Source of the DNA: Dehalococcoidia bacterium
GTDB taxonomy: Bacteria; Chloroflexota; Dehalococcoidia; Lucifugimonadales; UBA3495
Direction: 5' to 3'
Assembly (NCBI GenBank): GCA_965197665.1
Contig: CBDANO010000003.1
Coordinates: 483,947-547,946, forward strand
Length of the DNA stretch: 64,000 nucleotides
Part shown: in pieces, positions 59,158 to 64,000 of the stretch
Layout: each line of letters begins with the position of its first letter
Position numbering within the stretch: the first letter of the stretch is position 1
Position numbers and translations under genes: made by a program
The notes under the pieces: generated by a model
Database searches by the model: none
The model's input: the letters and a program-made list of their open reading frames with translations, nothing else
Told to the model about the DNA's origin: nothing

Positions 59158-60225
59158 CTAGTTCTTGCCGGGCATCCGTGGCCGGAGCCGCGCCCACGGC
59201 GGCGATAGCGTCCGCGCCCCCGCTCTCTTGCCCACCTTCGGATAAACCGGCTTGGGTGCCTTGAATCCCTTTTGCCTCTTTGCCTTTGGCGGGGCGACTT
59301 TGGGCTGTGGCGATTTCGGTTTCGGTTGAGAGTCTGGCCGCACTCTCGCCACTTCCCGGCGAGGTGCGGCCTCGGCTTTTACCACGTCGGCCCACTCCTT
59401 GAACGGCGGTTCTACCTTGGCCCTGTGCCCCGGCGTTTGGTTCCTCAAACTCTCATGGTTGCGAAACAGGTTGTAATTGAGTACCCAGCCGTCAAGGTAG
59501 TGTTGGCCGGTCTTGCGGCTGTCCATCCCCCGCAAGGTCTTGGTGCGGTCCCTGAACGTGCCTTGCAACCGTTCCGACAGGTTGTTATTGTTGTCGGCCC
59601 GTATCCCCTCGGATTGCACATGGCGGGATTCGGGCAACACGTTCTTGACCGCCGGCATATAGGATTTCAGCTTATCCGTGGTGATGGTCTTGGGTGGCGT
59701 GTCGGCGGCCAAAGCTGCCTTTCTCAAAACAACCCGCGCTGCGTTGGCGTCCCGCCTGGGCGTAAGGTGGGAAGCCAGGATGTAGCGGGTCTTGGAGTCC
59801 ATCACGTTCCAAAGCCACATCTTTTGACCGCCCACGTCCACCATCATTTCATCGGCTACCCAATGCCCGCCGGTCTTGGCCTTGCGGCCGTCCATCTGCT
59901 TTAGCGCGTTGGCGGTGTAGTCCCTCACCCATTCGTAGATGGTGGCCTTGCTCGGCTCATTGGGTAGGTCGTATTCCGTTTTCAGTGCTTCGGCAATTTT
60001 CTTGTAGCTCTTGCCGTCGAAATAGTCCCTGATCGCAGAACCCATAAGCTCCGCGTCCATCCGCCGCCCTTCGGCCTTGCCGCCAGCCCGAAACGCCTTC
60101 TTGCAGGTCTTACAGAAATAGCGTTGCTCGCCCTTTTGGAAGCCGTGCTTCTTAACCTTGTCACCGTGGCAGTCCGGGCAATTGACGCTGTAGGTTGTAG
60201 TCGTGGTTTCCGTAAATTCAGCCAT
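59158..60225 (-). CDS. IS6-family (IS240-like DDE) transposase with N-terminal IS1-like zinc ribbon
   Basis: CPDC...QRYFCKTC; TIYEWV HTH; WVADEM, WNVMD, ITTDK, NNLSER...RDRTK..RG. Confidence 0.88.
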   Translation of the reverse strand: MAEFTETTTTTYSVNCPDCHGDKVKKHGFQKGEQRYFCKTCKKAFRAGGKAEGRRMDAELMGSAIRDYFDGKSYKKIAEALKTEYDLPNEPSKATIYEWVRDYTANALKQMDGRKAKTGGHWVADEMMVDVGGQKMWLWNVMDSKTRYILASHLTPRRDANAARVVLRKAALAADTPPKTITTDKLKSYMPAVKNVLPESRHVQSEGIRADNNNNLSERLQGTFRDRTKTLRGMDSRKTGQHYLDGWVLNYNLFRNHESLRNQTPGHRAKVEPPFKEWADVVKAEAAPRREVARVRPDSQPKPKSPQPKVAPPKAKRQKGFKAPKPVYPKVGKRAGARTLSPPWARLRPRMPGKN

Positions 60226-60266
60226 GCCTACCTCACCGCCCAATGGCGAGAACGATTGCGATTGTG

Positions 60267-60563
60267 CTAAACTTGGTCATTCGGTGTTCCTGAATGGTGG
60301 GCTGATGGTGCTATCTGAGAATACGGCGGTTCTTCTCGCGGTGATTCTTCTTCTATTGGCTGTGTTGCAGGTTGTGATTCACCAACAACTCTATAAGCAA
60401 ATAGCAGGACTAAAATCACAATTACAACAGCCACAACAGCCGACGCAGGCTTTGGCCATGGGACCTCGAACTTTTGGAGCACCGCTTGAAGCACCCCCAG
60501 GGCCACCCCCGCTATCAACAAAGCAATAATCAGCGCTACCCCAAGAAAGACTAGACCTTCCAT
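60267..60563 (-). CDS. Small two-TM membrane protein (passenger)
   Basis: Two hydrophobic helices; co-oriented upstream of the transposase. An antisense ORF 60203-60529 is an alternative. Confidence 0.5.
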   Translation of the reverse strand: MEGLVFLGVALIIALLIAGVALGVLQAVLQKFEVPWPKPASAVVAVVIVILVLLFAYRVVGESQPATQPIEEESPREEPPYSQIAPSAHHSGTPNDQV

Positions 60564-60580
60564 CTGCCCTCATTAGTTGT

Positions 60581-60619
60581 AGACGCCCCGGAGAGAGTTG
60601 ACAGCGCTCCGGGGCGTCT
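60581..60619. terminator. 13-bp stem-loop
   Basis: agacgccccggag-N13-ctccggggcgtct. Confidence 0.55.
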
Positions 60620-60623
60620 CTAT

Positions 60624-60839
60624 TTAGCCAAACCTCCCCGTCCGCTCGTACCACGCCTTGTTCGGTTCCGTTTGCTTATAGGGCTTGGCCTTGCCTCCGG
60701 CCCGGAATTTCTTTCCGCAGCCGTTACAGCGATAGCGTTGCTCCCCCTTCTGCGTTCCGGCCTTGTGGACGCGCTGGGAGTCACACTCGGGGCAAGCGAC
60801 GACGTAGGTGGTGGTCGTGGTTTCGGTGAATTTCGTCAT
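60624..60839 (-). pseudogene. Truncated IS6-like transposase (zinc ribbon only)
   Basis: MTKFTETTTTTY..CPEC...QKGEQRYRCNGC..FRAGGKA matches the start of 59158-60225; homology stops at the IR. Confidence 0.85.
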
Positions 60840-61578
60840 GTTGGCCCCGCCTATCTGGCCGCTTGGCGGCGGTATCCAAACCTGCGCGGGCGGTAGGGGC
60901 TCTTGTCGGCGTTATTGCCTGCTTGGGGACCTGAGTTGCTGGGGTTTGATTCCAGATGGACGAGGCTGACTAGGTCCTGGAACTCGTTGACCATCCGGCG
61001 GACTTCGCGCTCGTTCGTATCAATGAGCTTTTTTAGGTAGGCTTCGCCTTCGGCGGCTTCTTCACGGGTGTCAACGGGTTCGAACCATACGAGGAGGGGG
61101 TTCTTGTCGGCTGTGCTCCTGGCTTTACCGTCGCGGTGCTCGCCCATCCGTTCTCTAAGTTCGCGGGTGTGTCCTGCGTAGAACTTGCCGTCGTCCAGTT
61201 TGAGGATATAGATGAAGAAGACGTCGCCCTCCTGGTCCGCGGCGTCCCACTTAGGATTGGACTCGGGTTCGTACCTGGAGGGGCGAGTAGCGGGCGCGGT
61301 TTGGCCGCGGCCGGTGGGATTGCAGCTGCGGCAAAAGCGGTACTTGGCGTCCTTGTATTTTCCGCAACTGGAGCACTGGTCGACCTCGCCTTTCTGCTTG
61401 GCGGTGTTGTGGGGAGCGCAGAGCTCGAACCACCGAGGAATGGTCTCGTCGCAGTCTTGGTATCCGCAGGTTTTGCCCGATTGCCTGGTAGTCATGTTGG
61501 CTGCCTCTTGGTCAGAGTTTTGTTAGTGTACGAACTGTCTAGCTGTAGATACCACATACGCCAAAAGCAAACGGAACC
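60664..61578 (-). mobile_element. Nested non-autonomous IS6-like unit (GIY-YIG gene plus zinc-finger stub of a transposase)
   Basis: Ends GGTTCCGTTTGCTT at 60664 and AAGCAAACGGAACC at 61565-61578; no TSD seen. Confidence 0.75.
60851..61495 (-). CDS. GIY-YIG nuclease with N-terminal Cys-rich zinc-binding region
   Basis: FIYILKLDDGKFYAGHTRELRERMGEH...REEA..GE..LK; C....C, C..H, C..C, C..C at the N-terminus. Confidence 0.85.
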   Translation of the reverse strand: MTTRQSGKTCGYQDCDETIPRWFELCAPHNTAKQKGEVDQCSSCGKYKDAKYRFCRSCNPTGRGQTAPATRPSRYEPESNPKWDAADQEGDVFFIYILKLDDGKFYAGHTRELRERMGEHRDGKARSTADKNPLLVWFEPVDTREEAAEGEAYLKKLIDTNEREVRRMVNEFQDLVSLVHLESNPSNSGPQAGNNADKSPYRPRRFGYRRQAAR

Positions 61579-61963
61579 GGTCCACGCTCTCGCTGTCCAG
61601 TGCCTTGAGAAACGTCAGGTTGTCCCTGATGAATACCGTCCGGTTCAGGCTATCGGTGTTGACCATCGTGGTATGCTATCATAGGTCAGACACTACAAGC
61701 AAACGGAACCCTCAGCACGTAGTGGAGCGTTCCCTTGTACCAGCGCTTGCCCCGGTTGGTGACGCCCCGGTCATTAAGCTCTTTGCATAACTCCTTGAGG
61801 CCGCTGCCCCGCAGGGACTTCTCGAATAGCTCCCTCACCACCGGGGCTGTGGCCGGGTCAACCTCCAGCGTGGGACGCTCCTTCGCCCCGTCGCTGACCT
61901 TGATCTTCCTGTAGCCGAAGGGGGCGTTCGAGCCTAGGAAGAAGCCTCTAGAAGCGGCCTCCC

Positions 61964-63790
61964 TCATTCCCCGTACGACCTCCTGCGCCAAATTTTCGCT
62001 GTAATATTCGTCCACGCTCTCGATGATGCCCTCAAGCAGCCTGCCGGTGGCGTTATCCTCGGCCTGCTCGGTGATGGACACCACTCTGATGCCCTTGCGC
62101 CGCAACTGGGACTTGAAGGCGACGGCGTGCTCCCGTTTCCTGGTGAAGCGGCTGAATTTCCAGACCAAGATTTGTTAGACGCAACTGCGACGTAATCAGG
62201 CTCAGGGGAATCGGGTTCAGGAGAATCAGGGTCTGAGGAATCATCGTCGATGGGTATAGCCAGCGTGATGTCCACGTTGTTGTCCCTGTCGATGACGACC
62301 TGCTCCACGACCATCTGGAGAAGCTCCTTGCGCTGCTCATCGGTCAGCTCGTCGATGCCCTGGCCGACGTTCCTCGCCCACGTCAGGACAGTCTCCATCA
62401 GCCGCCGCTTCTCAGTTCCGCTCGCCTCCCGTGCCCGGTAATCGTCCAGCTTCGCTCTGGCGCTCTCAAGCCGCTCGGTGATGAACTTGCGCTGATGGTC
62501 GAGCTGGGCTTCGGTGATCTTCCCTGATACGAACAGCCTTATGGCCCGGTCCTCTTCCATCTGGATGCTCCGCAGGTCTCGCTCGGCCTGGGCTATCTCC
62601 TCCTCCAATCCGCCGCCCTCCTGGGCATCGAGGGTGTCGATACCGGCGACGATCAGGTCGGGATTCTGAAGCACCCGCTTGACCTCGCTCCATATCGGCT
62701 CCTCCAACCGCTCGGCCCTGATGTAGTGACGCTCCCGGCAGCGCAGGCGCAGGCTCTGCATCCCGTTGCACTTGTAGTATCGGCGGGGGACGGGCAGGTC
62801 GTAGCGGTACTTCTTGCCGTTGCGAACGTTGGTGGTCCTCCAGGTGGACTTGGCATGGAAGTTGTGGCCGCACTCGCTGCATTTCAGCAGGTGCTGCAAC
62901 AGGTAGAGCACCTTCGTGTTCCTCCCGGCCGTCCTGCTCCGCTGCTTCTTCAGCTTCTGCGCCCGTCCCCAGGTCTCCTCGTCCACCAGCGGCGGGACCG
63001 GGATCTCTATCCAGGTGTCCCTCGGCTGGTCGTAGGACTTCGTCCCGTCCTCGGTGGAGATGTGACGCTCCTTTCCGTAAACCCACGTGCCCGTGTAGGT
63101 GGCATTCGCCAGAACGTAATGGATGTAGGACTGACGCCACAGCAGCTTGCCGGTCTGGGTGGGGATTCCCTCGTCGGTCAGCCGCACGGCAATCGAGGGG
63201 GACCCCATCCCCTCATTGACGTACATGTCGAAGATGCGGCGGACGACCTCCGCCTGCTCCTCAACCACCTCGGGCCTGCCGTCGTCTCCGATGCGGTATC
63301 CGTAGGGGAGGCCGCCGGTGGGCACCCGTCCCTGCTTGGCCGTCCCCCGCTTGCCCATGGTGGATCGCTCCCGGAAGTTGTCCAGCTCTATCTTGCCGAT
63401 GGCCGCCATGAGTCCGAAGGTCTTCATGTCGATGGCGTCCATGACGGCTTCGAGCCGTATCTGGTGAGCCTCGACGACCTCCATGAGGGCGGCGGCGGGG
63501 TACATGCCCCGGCTGAGGCGGTCAGACTTCCAGCACACGATGGTGTCGAAACGTCCGCGTCTGGCGTCGGCCAGCATCCGCTGGAACTCGGGGCGCTTCT
63601 TGGACCAGCCCCTGCCCACCTCCTGGTAGCGGGCGGTGATGGTCAGCCCTTTGCCCTCGCAGTAGGCTTCCATCTCGCCCGTCTGCTCGGAGATGGAGGT
63701 CTTGTCCTCCCCGTCCTGGCTCTTGTCCGACACGCGGGCGTAGATGGCCGCCCGGTTCCCCTCCGTCTTTCTATAGGTGGTCTTAGCCAT
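61964..63790 (-). CDS. Large serine recombinase LSR2 (resolvase, recombinase, zinc ribbon, coiled coil)
   Basis: AIYARVS, RPEFQRML, VCWKSDRLSR, PYGY, NATYTG, LLKCSECG, YYKC; the last ~69 codons are out-of-frame LSR1 sequence. Confidence 0.93.
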   Translation of the reverse strand: MAKTTYRKTEGNRAAIYARVSDKSQDGEDKTSISEQTGEMEAYCEGKGLTITARYQEVGRGWSKKRPEFQRMLADARRGRFDTIVCWKSDRLSRGMYPAAALMEVVEAHQIRLEAVMDAIDMKTFGLMAAIGKIELDNFRERSTMGKRGTAKQGRVPTGGLPYGYRIGDDGRPEVVEEQAEVVRRIFDMYVNEGMGSPSIAVRLTDEGIPTQTGKLLWRQSYIHYVLANATYTGTWVYGKERHISTEDGTKSYDQPRDTWIEIPVPPLVDEETWGRAQKLKKQRSRTAGRNTKVLYLLQHLLKCSECGHNFHAKSTWRTTNVRNGKKYRYDLPVPRRYYKCNGMQSLRLRCRERHYIRAERLEEPIWSEVKRVLQNPDLIVAGIDTLDAQEGGGLEEEIAQAERDLRSIQMEEDRAIRLFVSGKITEAQLDHQRKFITERLESARAKLDDYRAREASGTEKRRLMETVLTWARNVGQGIDELTDEQRKELLQMVVEQVVIDRDNNVDITLAIPIDDDSSDPDSPEPDSPEPDYVAVASNKSWSGNSAASPGNGSTPSPSSPSCGARASEWCPSPSRPRITPPAGCLRASSRAWTNITAKIWRRRSYGE

Positions 63791-63859
63791 CACTCCTCCT
63801 TACGTACGAACCCGTCTCCCACATGCCCGGAGCCGCTGAGCAGGTAGTCCCGTTTGGTC

Positions 63860-64000
63860 TCAGGCTACCTCGACATCAGTGAGGTCGAAGTCTCCACCCT
63901 TGAACAGGAGAGGCTCCCGGGTGGCTTCGGCAAGGGCGTAGGCGAAGCAGTCGCCGAAGTTCAGTCCCGCCGGGTGGTTGCCCTTGCCGAACCTTCGCCA
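63860..64000 (-). CDS. vapC: VapC (PIN) toxin, C-terminal part
   Basis: [24 protein letters not shown]...[11 protein letters not shown], stop at 63860-63862. Confidence 0.9.
   Translation of the reverse strand, partial: WRRFGKGNHPAGLNFGDCFAYALAEATREPLLFKGGDFDLTDVEVA

Larger units (their letters stand above)
59088..61710 (-). mobile_element. IS6-like transposon (2623 bp) with passenger genes
   Basis: Perfect 24-bp IR GGTTCCGTTTGCTTGTAGTGTCTG; 8-bp TSD CTCAGCAC at 59080-59087 and 61711-61718. Confidence 0.92.
58182..62171 (-). pseudogene. Large serine recombinase LSR1, split by an IS6-like transposon (parts 61711-62171 and 58182-59087); N-terminus displaced by the LSR2 element
   Basis: ILVWKFSRFTR...EYYSENL..VVRGM...APFGY..YVL|RNEAYTG...LLSGLLRCGVCG...YYIC; the frame rejoins across the 8-bp duplication. 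Confidence 0.9.

Noticed and set aside
62195..62240. 15-bp tandem repeat (PDSPEPDSPEPD) in LSR2
   Set aside because: Short low-complexity linker with no evidence of function.

Overview
GC-rich bacterial window. The gene content (amidases, amidohydrolases, SDRs, CoA-transferases, DUF1800/DUF1501, GMC oxidoreductase) suggests SAR202/Dehalococcoidia Chloroflexota, by inference only. Positions 1-37175 are a catabolic core that includes a peroxiredoxin with an in-frame TGA at its peroxidatic site (probable selenoprotein, split in the ORF track). A tRNA-Val(TAC) at 37176-37252 starts an accessory region running to the window end. It holds hydantoinase/oxoprolinase A/B cargo, a P4-like integrase with AlpA, toxin-antitoxin modules, a Cas4-like nuclease behind a promoter-plus-terminator structured RNA, an Ogg-type glycosylase, many IS elements (IS3, IS21, IS1202/ISNCY, IS110, IS1182, IS1380, IS6-like) and two large serine recombinases (LSRs). 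Main unexplained structures: (i) an IS6-like transposon whose 14-bp end GGTTCCGTTTGCTT occurs 11 times, including three exactly 70-bp palindromic mini-elements with different cores; (ii) a tRNA-Val att arm repeated three times that encodes the LSR C-terminus; (iii) a second LSR element apparently inserted into the catalytic motif of the first. All calls are by eye; no searches were run.
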